Of a stretch of DNA of 64,000 nt, positions 19,708 to 28,107 are shown one piece after another. Each line of letters begins with the position of its first letter. The stretch's first letter is position 1. The notes beneath the pieces are model-generated. The model made no database searches, was not told the DNA's origin, and worked only from the letters and a program-made list of their open reading frames with translations. Position numbers and translations under genes: made by a program. Source of the DNA: Myxococcota bacterium (GTDB lineage Bacteria; Myxococcota_A; UBA796; CAJQPC01); NCBI GenBank assembly GCA_036229005.1, contig JAZAMN010000008.1, forward strand, positions 134,930 through 198,929, given 5' to 3'.

Positions 19708-20655
19708 TTAAAGGGCCCGCGGGGGGAGCTGGATCGGGCAGGTCTGCATGCGGGTCTGGCCGGCGTGGGGCTCGCCGCGCTCCTGGGCGTCCATGGCCCG
19801 CAGGCACAGGGCGTCGGCGCGGGTGTTTCCGGGCTCGCCGGCGTGCCCCTTGACCCAGGTCCAGTGCACGCGGTGGCGGCTGAGGGCCTGGTCCAGGGCG
19901 ATGATCAGGTCCTGGTTGGCGACAGGCTCGCCGTCCAGCTTCTTCCATCCGTAGCGCTTCCACTTGGCGCCCCATTTGGTCGCCACGTTGCGGACGTAGG
20001 TGGAGTCGACGCGCAGCTCGATGTGGGCGGGCCGGGAGAGGCTGTTCAGGGCGTGGATCACCGCCGAGAGCTCCATGCGGTTGTTGGTGCTGCCGGGCTC
20101 GCCGCCCCAGAGCTCCAGGGAGGCGCCGCTGCCGGCGTGCACGATCAGCGCGCCCCAGCCGCCGATCCCGTCGGGCTTGAGGCGGCAGCCGCCGTCGGTC
20201 CAGATCCACAGCTCGGTGGGCTGCAGAGGGGGCAGGTCCGGCAGCGGCGGGGGCTCGGCCTTGGCGTCGGGCTCGGGGGCGGCCTGGACGGCGGCCTCCT
20301 TGATGGGCGCGTAGAGCGGGTCTTTGCGGTCGATGTGCGCGCAGGCAAAGCGCAGGCGCTCGCGGTGCTGCTCCAGGGCCTGCACCAGGCGGCGGCTGGC
20401 GGGGGTGGTCTTGACGCGCTCGCCGGCGCCGACCTTGTCGATCACGCCGACGAATGCCTCGTTCCGGACGTAGAGCGTGACGGGGCCGTCGGGCAGGTGG
20501 GGGAGGGCCTGGACCAAGGCTTCGCAGAGCATGGCCCAGCTCCGCGCCCCAGGCCGGCCCCCGGAGTCCTGGGTGGTGAGGGTCCCTGCCTCGTACACCC
20601 CGAAAGCCCAACCTCCCTTGCCGGAGCCGGACAGGACCAGCGCCCGATCGCTCAA
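19708..20655 (-). CDS. rnhA: ribonuclease HI with extra N-terminal domain
   Basis: WTDGGC, GGWG, TNNRMEL, VDSTYV, NQDL, WVKGHAGEPGNTRAD; TTG start overlapping upstream stop. Confidence 0.9.
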   Translation of the reverse strand: MSDRALVLSGSGKGGWAFGVYEAGTLTTQDSGGRPGARSWAMLCEALVQALPHLPDGPVTLYVRNEAFVGVIDKVGAGERVKTTPASRRLVQALEQHRERLRFACAHIDRKDPLYAPIKEAAVQAAPEPDAKAEPPPLPDLPPLQPTELWIWTDGGCRLKPDGIGGWGALIVHAGSGASLELWGGEPGSTNNRMELSAVIHALNSLSRPAHIELRVDSTYVRNVATKWGAKWKRYGWKKLDGEPVANQDLIIALDQALSRHRVHWTWVKGHAGEPGNTRADALCLRAMDAQERGEPHAGQTRMQTCPIQLPPRAL

Positions 20656-21995
20656 CGCTTGCCCAGGCTGCCGTCTTGGGCGACGACCACGCCGCTGCTG
20701 GGGAAGTCCTCGCGGGAGAGCTTGCGGATCAGGTCGGTGGCCTTGTGGTCCGGGTCGGGCTCGGGGACGCCCTCGCCGATCTGCTTGGTGGGCAGGATCT
20801 GGCCGCCGACGAAGCGCCCCTGGCTGTCCAGCTCGACCTCGAGCACCAGGCCCACGCCCAGGTAGCCGCTCAGGTTGAAGCGCCCGTAGGTGGCGAAGTT
20901 GCCCAGGCTGTAGGCGATCAGGCGGTCGTTGTAGACCTCCATCGCCCGGGGGACGTGGGGGCCGTGGCCCAGCACCAGGTCCGCGCCGGCGTCGACGACC
21001 ACGTGGGTGAACTTTCGCAGGTGACCGCGCTGCTCGCCGTAGAAGGTCTCCATCTGGTCGGGGACGTGCAGGGCCTTGGAGCCCTCGGCCCCGCCGTGGA
21101 AGCTGACGATGACGATGTCGTGGGTGGCGTCCAGGGCGCGCACCAGCTCGGCGGCGGTCTCGTGGTCGTTGATGTAGTGGCAGCTCTTGGAGCTGTGGAA
21201 GCCCAGCATGGCGACCTTGAGGCCGTTCGACTCCACGCTGGCGATGGTCCCCGGGCGCCCGGAGTAGGCGATGCCCAGGGCGTCCAGGGTGGACTCCGTC
21301 TCCAGGCGGCAGCTCTCGCCGAAGTCGCCCGCGTGGTTGTTGGCCGTGCTCGCCAGGTCCACGCCAGCCTGGGCCAGGTAGTCGCCGTAGCGGGTGGGGG
21401 AGCGGAAGGCGTAGCAGTTCCCGGAGCTGCCGCACTTGTTGGTGGACCCGCCATCACACAGCGGCCCCTCCAGGTTCACGAAGGTCAGGTCTGCGTCGGC
21501 CAGCATGTCCTGCACCGCCGTCAGCATGTCCTTGCCGTCGTTGGGGGGCAGCTTGCCCTTGGGGAAGTCCGTCCCCAGCATCACATCCCCCACGGCCCGC
21601 AGCCGCAGCGTGGTGCCCTCGGGCGCCTGCCCCTTGACCGTGTCCGGGGCGCCCGCGGCCGCCTTCGCGACCATCGCCTCGGTCTCCAGGTGGCCCATGG
21701 CGGTGGGCAGGTACTGATCGACCTGGGGGTGGTCCGGCTGCAGCGCCTTGACCTGCTCCCAGGCGCTCACCGTCGCGTCCCAGTCGCCTTGGAGCCAGTG
21801 CGCCCAGCCCAGCTCCCAGTGGCACTCCGTCTTGGTCGGGGCCACGGCCACGCAGGCCGCGAGCTTGGCCTCGGCGTCTTCGGCCTCCTTGGCCTTGAGG
21901 GCCGCCACGCCGGCCTCGTAGAGCGCCTGGGGGTCGTCCTGGGCCTGGGTCTCGGCGGGTTGGGTCAGGCAGGCAAAGAGGAGGGAGAGGATCAT
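20652..21995 (-). CDS. CapA/PGA_cap metallophosphatase-family lipoprotein with N-terminal TPR
   Basis: GDVMLG, NLEG, ANNHAGD, SFHGGAE, GHGPHV, YSLGNF. Confidence 0.9.
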   Translation of the reverse strand: MILSLLFACLTQPAETQAQDDPQALYEAGVAALKAKEAEDAEAKLAACVAVAPTKTECHWELGWAHWLQGDWDATVSAWEQVKALQPDHPQVDQYLPTAMGHLETEAMVAKAAAGAPDTVKGQAPEGTTLRLRAVGDVMLGTDFPKGKLPPNDGKDMLTAVQDMLADADLTFVNLEGPLCDGGSTNKCGSSGNCYAFRSPTRYGDYLAQAGVDLASTANNHAGDFGESCRLETESTLDALGIAYSGRPGTIASVESNGLKVAMLGFHSSKSCHYINDHETAAELVRALDATHDIVIVSFHGGAEGSKALHVPDQMETFYGEQRGHLRKFTHVVVDAGADLVLGHGPHVPRAMEVYNDRLIAYSLGNFATYGRFNLSGYLGVGLVLEVELDSQGRFVGGQILPTKQIGEGVPEPDPDHKATDLIRKLSREDFPSSGVVVAQDGSLGKR

Positions 21996-22097
21996 GGAGC
22001 GTCCGGCTTGATCGGCGCACCTCCTAACACCTCGGCGGCCCCCCACCCTCCGCACTCTGCGGCGCCAGCGAGGTCATATTAGCGATGTCGCCCCGCG

Positions 22098-22577
22098 TCA
22101 CCCGATCAGGGACTGACCGTGCAGCACCGCGAGGCTGCGCGCCTGGCCCGCCCAGTCCTCATCCTCGATGCGGGCCGGGGAGATCTCCATGCGGCTGGCC
22201 ACCCAGGCGATGTCCTCGGCGTTGAGGGCGGCGAGCTGGTTGTAGCGGTGCACGCCCAGGTTGTTGAGCATGCGCTGCGCCAGGGGGTCCACCCCCCGGA
22301 TGGCCCCGAAGTCGTCGGGGTGCGCGCAGGGCCCGCTTGCCAGAAAGGAGGGGCGCGCCCCTTTGAGCCCGGCGATGACCCGCTGGGCCTGCGCCAGCTC
22401 GCGCTCCAGGTCCTGCTGTCTGGGCTGGGTGGTGGCTTGGGGTTCGGTGGCTTGGGGATTGGTGGCTTGACTGCGCTGCGAGGCGCTCGCAGGGACCACC
22501 TCCCGGCGCAGCAGCCATCCAGCCATTCCCCCAGCGAGCAGCGCGACCAAGGCCCACAGTGCGGTCGTTCCCGGCAT
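22098..22577 (-). CDS. membrane-anchored protein with C-terminal HhH-like (NuoE-C/DUF4332-type) domain
   Basis: DDFGAIRGVDP...LNNLGV..Y.QLA....RIEDEDWAGQA. Confidence 0.65.
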   Translation of the reverse strand: MPGTTALWALVALLAGGMAGWLLRREVVPASASQRSQATNPQATEPQATTQPRQQDLERELAQAQRVIAGLKGARPSFLASGPCAHPDDFGAIRGVDPLAQRMLNNLGVHRYNQLAALNAEDIAWVASRMEISPARIEDEDWAGQARSLAVLHGQSLIG

Positions 22578-22590
22578 CCTGATTCCGTTT

Positions 22591-22786
22591 CTGTCCACAG
22601 CCAAGCTAGCTGGGCGGGGCCTGGGTGGCTCTGTCCCTCCTCTGTCCCCAGGTGAATGCGCGCGGGGGCCTGGGGATTGGGTCCGGGTTGGGGATCGTCC
22701 GTAGCGATCCATCGTGATCCTGGAACGCCGAAAATGGCGAAATGCCGCCTTGACCTGTCCACAGGGCGATCCATAGCTGTGGACAA
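22591..22786. promoter_or_regulatory. cluster of DnaA-box-like 9-mers
   Basis: CTGTCCACA at 22591 and 22755, TGTGGACAA at 22778, plus degenerate TCCCCA/TGGGGA boxes in one intergenic gap. Confidence 0.45.
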
Positions 22787-22792
22787 CCCTGC

Positions 22793-23335
22793 TCAGGTGT
22801 TCAGGATCCAGGGGAGGGCCAAAAGGGCGATCAGGCTGACCAGGGTGATGGACAGCTTGGAGGCGGTCCCCAAGGCTCGGGCTGCGGTGGCCCACAGAGC
22901 AGGTTTGAGGCTGTCTTTGTCCTGCTTTGCCTCAGGCCCGGTGGTCTCTCCCAGGAAGGTCCCGGCGAAGGTCCCCACGAACGCGCCGATCAGGCTGCCC
23001 AGCACGGGGAATGGGATGAGGATCCCCAGGATTCCACCAGCAATACCGCCAAGCAGGCCACCCCAGGCCCCGCGTTTGGAGCCGCCGCCCTTGCGCGCGC
23101 CGTAGCTGGCGGCGCCGAACTCGATGACCTCGCCGACGCCACCCAGCAGCGCGACGGTGATGAGCAGTCCCCAGCCAAAGGTGGTGTGCTCACCCTCTGG
23201 GAGCCAGGCCGAGTCGCTCACCTCCATGAGCAGGGCCAGCCCGAGCAGCACCCAGTGACCGGGGAGCCCCAGCGCGACGCCGACCAGACAGATCAGGCCG
23301 AGCAGGCCCAGGACCACAAAGAGGAAGATCTCCAT
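22793..23335 (-). CDS. DUF456 family membrane protein
   Basis: LPG.W, ARKGGGSKRGAWGGLLGGIAG, PFPVLGSLIGAFVGTF..E. Confidence 0.85.
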   Translation of the reverse strand: MEIFLFVVLGLLGLICLVGVALGLPGHWVLLGLALLMEVSDSAWLPEGEHTTFGWGLLITVALLGGVGEVIEFGAASYGARKGGGSKRGAWGGLLGGIAGGILGILIPFPVLGSLIGAFVGTFAGTFLGETTGPEAKQDKDSLKPALWATAARALGTASKLSITLVSLIALLALPWILNT

Positions 23336-23371
23336 GGGGAGAAGGTAGGCGTGGCGGGGCTGGGGTCAAGG

Positions 23372-23670
23372 ATCTGGGGTCGAACGCCCGCGTTCTTGGG
23401 GCATCTGGGGTCGAACGCCCGCGTTCTTGGGGCATCTGGGGTCAAACGCCCGCGTTCTTGGGGCATCTGGGGTCGAACGCCCGATTTTCCCGATGAATGC
23501 GCCCTCTGAGACCTGAATCAGGCCGATTCTGGGGTGTTCGGGGCCAGATTCCCGCTGGAGCCGGGCGTTCACCCCCAGATGCCCGCCGGAGCCGTGCGTT
23601 CACCCCCGGATGCCCGCCGGAGCCGTGCGTTCACCCCCAGATGCCCGCCGGAGCCGTGCGTTCACCCCCC
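23372..23670. repeat. two inverted arrays of 31-bp tandem repeats
   Basis: Left units start at 23372, 23403, 23434, 23465; right units at 23545, 23576, 23607, 23638; shared core CGTTC(G/A)(A/C)CCCC(A/G)GATGCCC on opposite strands. Confidence 0.9.
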
Positions 23671-23674
23671 GTTG

Positions 23675-25012
23675 CTACTCCAGCGTCGCCAGCTCCACCC
23701 ACTCGCGGGGGCTGTGGAGCTCCCCTGCGCGCATGACGCCCTGGATCTGTCCCCAGGCGGCGGGGTCCTGCAGGGGGTCGGCCTCCAGCAGCAGCAGGTC
23801 GGCTCGGTAGCCGGGGGCGATGCGGCCCACGCGGTCGTCGATGCCCAGCATCTGGGCGGGGTTCCAGGTGGCGGCGGCCATGAGCTCGGCGGGGTCCAGG
23901 CCGGCCTGGGTGAGCAGCTCGACCTCGCGCTGGGTGGTGACGCCGTGGAACTCGTACAGGAACACGGGCCAGTTGCCGGAGTCGCTGCCCAGGACGATGG
24001 GGACGCCGGCCTCGTGCAGGGTGGCGACGGAGTCCAGGGCGGTGCGGGTCTGGCCGCGCAGCATGCGCTTGAGGCCGAAGCTGCGGGCGGTCCAGTTGTG
24101 GACGACCGCGCCGCTGTGGGGGAGCACGCCCTGGGCGATCAGGTGTGCGGACTCCTTGCGCCAGTCCAGGTCCTGGGCCGCCTCCAGCTCGGCGGCGGGG
24201 ATCATCCAGGCGAGGTCGGGGTCCTCGAAGCGCTCGGGCTCGCTGGCCCAGAGCATGTGGTCGAACACCGAGATGGTGCTGATGACGGGGATCCCCATGT
24301 CCACCAGCCGCGCGACGGTGGCCTTGTTGGGCTTGGTGGGCGGGTGGACCAGGCCGGAGACCCCCATGTCCAGGGCCTGGTTGGCCTCTTCATTGGAGAT
24401 GGCGTGGGCGTAGAGGGGCCGGCCGCTGTCGATCAGCGCTTGCCGGACGGGCTCGGAGTAGAGCGGCCAGACCTCGGTGAGCATGCCGGACTCGACGGTG
24501 ATCTTGACGCCCAGGGGCTCAAAGGGGGCGAAGGCGGCGATCGCCGCGTCCACCTGCTCGGCCGAGGTGTAGCCGGGGAAGTGCGGGAGCACGACGGAGA
24601 CGTAGCCGCCCTCGGGGGAGACCAGGGGGCCCAGCAGGTGGATGTCCGGGCTGGGGCTGGTCTGCGCCAGGGGCAGCATGCGCTGGGCGGCCTCCAGGGG
24701 GATGCCGGTGTCCAGCACGGTGGTCACGCCGTTTGCCAGGTAGGCCCCCAGGTGGTGTCTCCACAGCGCCAGCTCCTCTTCGGGCGAGGGCTGGATGTGT
24801 GCGCCGCTGGGGGTGAGCGCCAGGTGCACGTGCGCGTCGATCAGCCCGGGCGCCAGGGTCAGCCCACTGCAGTCCACGGTCTCCACCTCCAGGTCCGCGG
24901 GCGGGGCGCCGATGGCGGCGATCTGGCCGTCCTGGATCAGCACCGACTCCACGCTGCGGGAGCCGTCGATGTCGGCGATGGTGGGGTTGAGCAGGAGCAG
25001 TGCGGTGGACAT
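23675..25012 (-). CDS. amidohydrolase family protein
   Basis: PGLIDAHVH, GVTTVLD, AHA, GSDSG, GRIAPGYRADLLLL. Confidence 0.9.
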   Translation of the reverse strand: MSTALLLLNPTIADIDGSRSVESVLIQDGQIAAIGAPPADLEVETVDCSGLTLAPGLIDAHVHLALTPSGAHIQPSPEEELALWRHHLGAYLANGVTTVLDTGIPLEAAQRMLPLAQTSPSPDIHLLGPLVSPEGGYVSVVLPHFPGYTSAEQVDAAIAAFAPFEPLGVKITVESGMLTEVWPLYSEPVRQALIDSGRPLYAHAISNEEANQALDMGVSGLVHPPTKPNKATVARLVDMGIPVISTISVFDHMLWASEPERFEDPDLAWMIPAAELEAAQDLDWRKESAHLIAQGVLPHSGAVVHNWTARSFGLKRMLRGQTRTALDSVATLHEAGVPIVLGSDSGNWPVFLYEFHGVTTQREVELLTQAGLDPAELMAAATWNPAQMLGIDDRVGRIAPGYRADLLLLEADPLQDPAAWGQIQGVMRAGELHSPREWVELATLE

Positions 25013-25064
25013 CGGGCCCTCAACGGGGGAAGGGTGGACTGTCCCCTATCCCCGGAGACCCCCC

Positions 25065-25613
25065 ATGCCCTGGCTGCTCGCCATTCTCCCCGCCTTCGCC
25101 GCCACCGACCAGCTCGAGGCCTCCGCGGGCTACCGCCTCAGCGGCAACAGCACTGACCCGGTGCAGAACCTCCAGGTGGACCTGCAGTGGACCCACTCGG
25201 CGGACTTCGGCGACCTGGACACCCGCCTGATGGTCCTCCCCATCGGCGGTCAGGGCTTCGGGGACATGTCGCTGGCCGGCTCGGTGACCTACCTGCACCC
25301 GCTGCCCGCCGGCGATCACGCCGTCTTCTACCCGGGCGTCGGCCTCTCCCGCGGCCCCATGGACTTCCGCTGCGGGAGCTGCTGGGTCGAGCAACTCTCC
25401 GCCAACCCCCAGGTCGCTCTGGCCCTGGGCAGCGGCGAGTGGGGCCTGACCGCCACCCTGGGCGTGGGCATCCCCATCCTGGGCGCCAGCGGCGTCGTCC
25501 GCCCCATCGGTGCCATCCGCGTCCGCCACCAGCAGGGCGTGTTCGTCGAGCTCGAGACCGGCCGCCTCCAGGACGTCGACGCCCTGCGCGTGGGGTGGAA
25601 GTGGACCCTCTGA
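25065..25613 (+). CDS. hypothetical secreted beta-rich (outer-membrane-like) protein
   Basis: Signal peptide; alternating beta strands; GGAG RBS. Confidence 0.6.
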   Translation: MPWLLAILPAFAATDQLEASAGYRLSGNSTDPVQNLQVDLQWTHSADFGDLDTRLMVLPIGGQGFGDMSLAGSVTYLHPLPAGDHAVFYPGVGLSRGPMDFRCGSCWVEQLSANPQVALALGSGEWGLTATLGVGIPILGASGVVRPIGAIRVRHQQGVFVELETGRLQDVDALRVGWKWTL

Positions 25614-26302
25614 AGCTGCGGGCCCGCCTGGCGGTCGCGGGCATGCTGGCGCTGGGGCTGGGCGCGCTGGTCTGGCGGTCGAACGCAAACCGCATGTCCT
25701 CGCCGGTGGAAGGAGCTGTCCAGCAGGCTCGGCCACAGCAGGATCCAGAGGAGGTGGGGACGGGGCGGCCGAACACCCCGCAGCTCACCTCTCCTGCACC
25801 TGAGCGCCTCAAGATCCCGACACCCCCTCCCACCAGCGAGGTCACCCGTCCGATGACCGATCTGGATGACCCCAAACCAAAGGTTGAAACAGCTACAACG
25901 GGGAATCCAGAGACTCCACAGGACACCGGCCCCGACGGCGGCGTGGACCCCGAGCTGGCGCTGACCCCGGAGACCCTCTCGGAGCTCGCTGATGCGATGC
26001 ACCCGGAGATCGAGGACTGCGTGAACGCGTGGTCCGACGCCCTCCCCGAGGAGCTCCAGGGGCGCCTGGTGCTGGCCTTCACCCTGGATGAGCAGGGCGT
26101 CGCCGAGGCCTGGGTGGAGGACGTGGAGGCGCTGCCCGCGGGCATGTTGGGCTGCTTCTCGAGCGCGGTCTACAGCCAGCGCTGGCCGGCGGCGGAGGGG
26201 GGCGTGGAGGTCACCCTGCCCTTTGAGGTCGACATGGGCGACGGCGGCGTGCCCCAGGATCCGGGCGGCGAGCTGATCGACCGGCGGGAGGAAGCAGACT
26301 GA
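25601..26302 (+). CDS. AgmX/PglI C-terminal domain protein
   Basis: TM anchor, P/T linker, IEDC....LQGRLVLAFTL..CFSSAV..WP...VEVTLPF. Confidence 0.7.
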   Translation: MDPLKLRARLAVAGMLALGLGALVWRSNANRMSSPVEGAVQQARPQQDPEEVGTGRPNTPQLTSPAPERLKIPTPPPTSEVTRPMTDLDDPKPKVETATTGNPETPQDTGPDGGVDPELALTPETLSELADAMHPEIEDCVNAWSDALPEELQGRLVLAFTLDEQGVAEAWVEDVEALPAGMLGCFSSAVYSQRWPAAEGGVEVTLPFEVDMGDGGVPQDPGGELIDRREEAD

Positions 26303-26306
26303 CGGC

Positions 26307-26351
26307 TTGACGCTCCGAGATGGCGGCCCTAATGTTTCGATGCTTATCGAA
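26307..26351 (+). promoter_or_regulatory. sigma70 promoter plus palindromic operator for ArsR gene
   Basis: TTGACG-N17-TAATGT followed by TTCGAT-GCTT-ATCGAA. Confidence 0.7.
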
Positions 26352-26368
26352 TCAAAGTGGAGTCTGTC

Positions 26369-26929
26369 ATGTCCAATCCGGAGCTGCTGCCCTTCTTCAA
26401 GGCGCTCGCGGACGCCTCGCGCTTGCGCATGGTGGGGCTCTTGAGCCTGCGCCCGCACTCGGTCGAGGAGCTGTCCACCGTGCTGGAGCTCAAGGCCAGC
26501 ACCGTGAGCCACCACCTCAAGCGGCTGAGCGAGGCCGGGCTGGTGCGCAGCGAGGCGCAGGGGCACTACCACGTGTACCGCCTGGATCTGGAGGCGCTGC
26601 AGGCGCACGCCAAGACGCTCTCGGAGCCGGAGTCGCTGCGCGCGAGCGCGCAGGTGGAGGCCGAGGTGGACCCCTTCGACGCCAAGGTGTTGCGCACCTT
26701 CGTGGACGAAAACGGGCGCATCGCGCAGCTCCCGGCAAAGCGCAAGAAGTTCGAGGTGTTGCTGCGCTACGCCCTGCGCCTGTTCGAGGACGCGGGCCCC
26801 TGGGACGAGCAGGAGGTCAACGCGCGTCTCAAGACCATCACCGCGGACACCGCGAGCATCCGGCGTGGCTTCATCGACCACCGGCTGATGACGCGCGAGC
26901 GGGGTGGGCGGGACTACCGGCGGTTGTGA
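26369..26929 (+). CDS. ArsR/SmtB transcriptional regulator with DUF2087 domain
   Basis: FKALADASRL, TVSHHLKRL..AGLV; QLPAKRKK, EQEVN, DTASIRR. Confidence 0.9.
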   Translation: MSNPELLPFFKALADASRLRMVGLLSLRPHSVEELSTVLELKASTVSHHLKRLSEAGLVRSEAQGHYHVYRLDLEALQAHAKTLSEPESLRASAQVEAEVDPFDAKVLRTFVDENGRIAQLPAKRKKFEVLLRYALRLFEDAGPWDEQEVNARLKTITADTASIRRGFIDHRLMTRERGGRDYRRL

Positions 26930-26961
26930 GGCGCAGGGCGTAGGCTCTGGGGGGAGCTGTG

Positions 26962-28107
26962 ATGTCTGCGCCTGAGACCGCTGTGCTGTTGGGGACCCTG
27001 GGGGGCCTGCTGCTCGCTGGAGTGGCCCTGGATGGGCTCGCGCGGCGGGTGGGCATCCCCCGGGTCTCGCTGCTGCTGGTGTTCGGGGTGGTGGTGGGGC
27101 CCTCGGGCCTGGACCTGCTGCCCGACTCCTGGGAGGCCTGGTACCCGGCGGTCTCCGAGCTGGCGCTGGCCATGGTGGGCTTCCTGCTGGGCGGGGAGTT
27201 CACGCTGCAGCGCCTCCGGGAGCGGGGGCCTCAGGTGCTGCGGCTCTCGCTGGCGGTGACCCTGGCGACCGCGGCGGTGGTCGGCGCGGGGCTGTGGCTG
27301 CTGGGCATGGACCTGGGGGTGGCGCTGCTCCTGGGCACCGCGGCCACCGCCACGGACCCGGCCGGCGTGGACGACGTGCTCAAGGAGATGGGCGCCAAGG
27401 GGCCGCGCGCGGAGCTGCTGCGCGGGGTGGTGGCCATCGACGACCTCTGGGGCATCCTGCTCTTTGGGGTCACGATGGCGGCGCTGGGCATGCTGGACGG
27501 CGGTCCCGCCGGGGAGGCGCTGCTGGACGCGGGCTTCGAGCTGGGCGGCTCCCTGCTGCTGGGCCTGGGGCTGGGCCTGCCCATGGCCTACCTGACCGGT
27601 CGCCTGCGCCCGGGGGAGCCCACCCGTCTGGAGGCCCTGGGCTTCGTGCTCCTGGGCGGTGGCCTCGCGAGCTGGCTGGGGCTCTCCTACCTGCTCACCG
27701 CCGTCGTCATGGGGGCCGTGGTCGCCAACCTGGCCCGGCACCACAAGATCCCCTTCCGCGAGCTGGAGCACCTGGAGTCGCCCTTCCTGGTGCTCTTCTT
27801 CCTGATGTCGGGGGCCTCCGCCCACCTGAGCGTGCTGCCAGAGCTCTTCTGGCTGCTGCTGGCCTACCTGGGGCTGCGGGTGCTGGGGCGCCTGGTCGGT
27901 GGGCTGCTGGGTGCGCAGCGGGAACAGCCCCGCAGCATCGGCCTGGCCCTGCTCCCCCAGGCTGGCGTGGCCGTCGGCATGACCCTGGTGGCCACCCAGC
28001 ACCACCCCAACCTGGGCGGCGAGGCCCTGGAGATCGTGCTCCTGGGCACCGTCGCCTTCGAGACCCTGGGGCCGCTGCTCACCCGCTGGAGCATGCGGGA
28101 TGCCTGA
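26962..28107 (+). CDS. cation:proton antiporter
   Basis: About 12 TM segments; ATDPA, IDD, LLPQAGVAVG. Confidence 0.85.
   Translation: MSAPETAVLLGTLGGLLLAGVALDGLARRVGIPRVSLLLVFGVVVGPSGLDLLPDSWEAWYPAVSELALAMVGFLLGGEFTLQRLRERGPQVLRLSLAVTLATAAVVGAGLWLLGMDLGVALLLGTAATATDPAGVDDVLKEMGAKGPRAELLRGVVAIDDLWGILLFGVTMAALGMLDGGPAGEALLDAGFELGGSLLLGLGLGLPMAYLTGRLRPGEPTRLEALGFVLLGGGLASWLGLSYLLTAVVMGAVVANLARHHKIPFRELEHLESPFLVLFFLMSGASAHLSVLPELFWLLLAYLGLRVLGRLVGGLLGAQREQPRSIGLALLPQAGVAVGMTLVATQHHPNLGGEALEIVLLGTVAFETLGPLLTRWSMRDA

Noticed and set aside
19634..20611. N-terminal extension making a 1015-aa protein
   Set aside because: Out-of-frame overlap with rnhA; RBS and lipobox support the start at 19633. 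The same applies to the extended hemL, sulfatase and 1079-2890 ORFs.
14688..22082. Long plus-strand ORFs (803, 848, 366, 468 aa)
   Set aside because: Antisense shadows of real minus-strand genes, typical of high-GC3 DNA.
23372..23670. 31-bp repeats as a CRISPR array
   Set aside because: Units are contiguous with no unique 25-45 bp spacers, and there are no cas genes.
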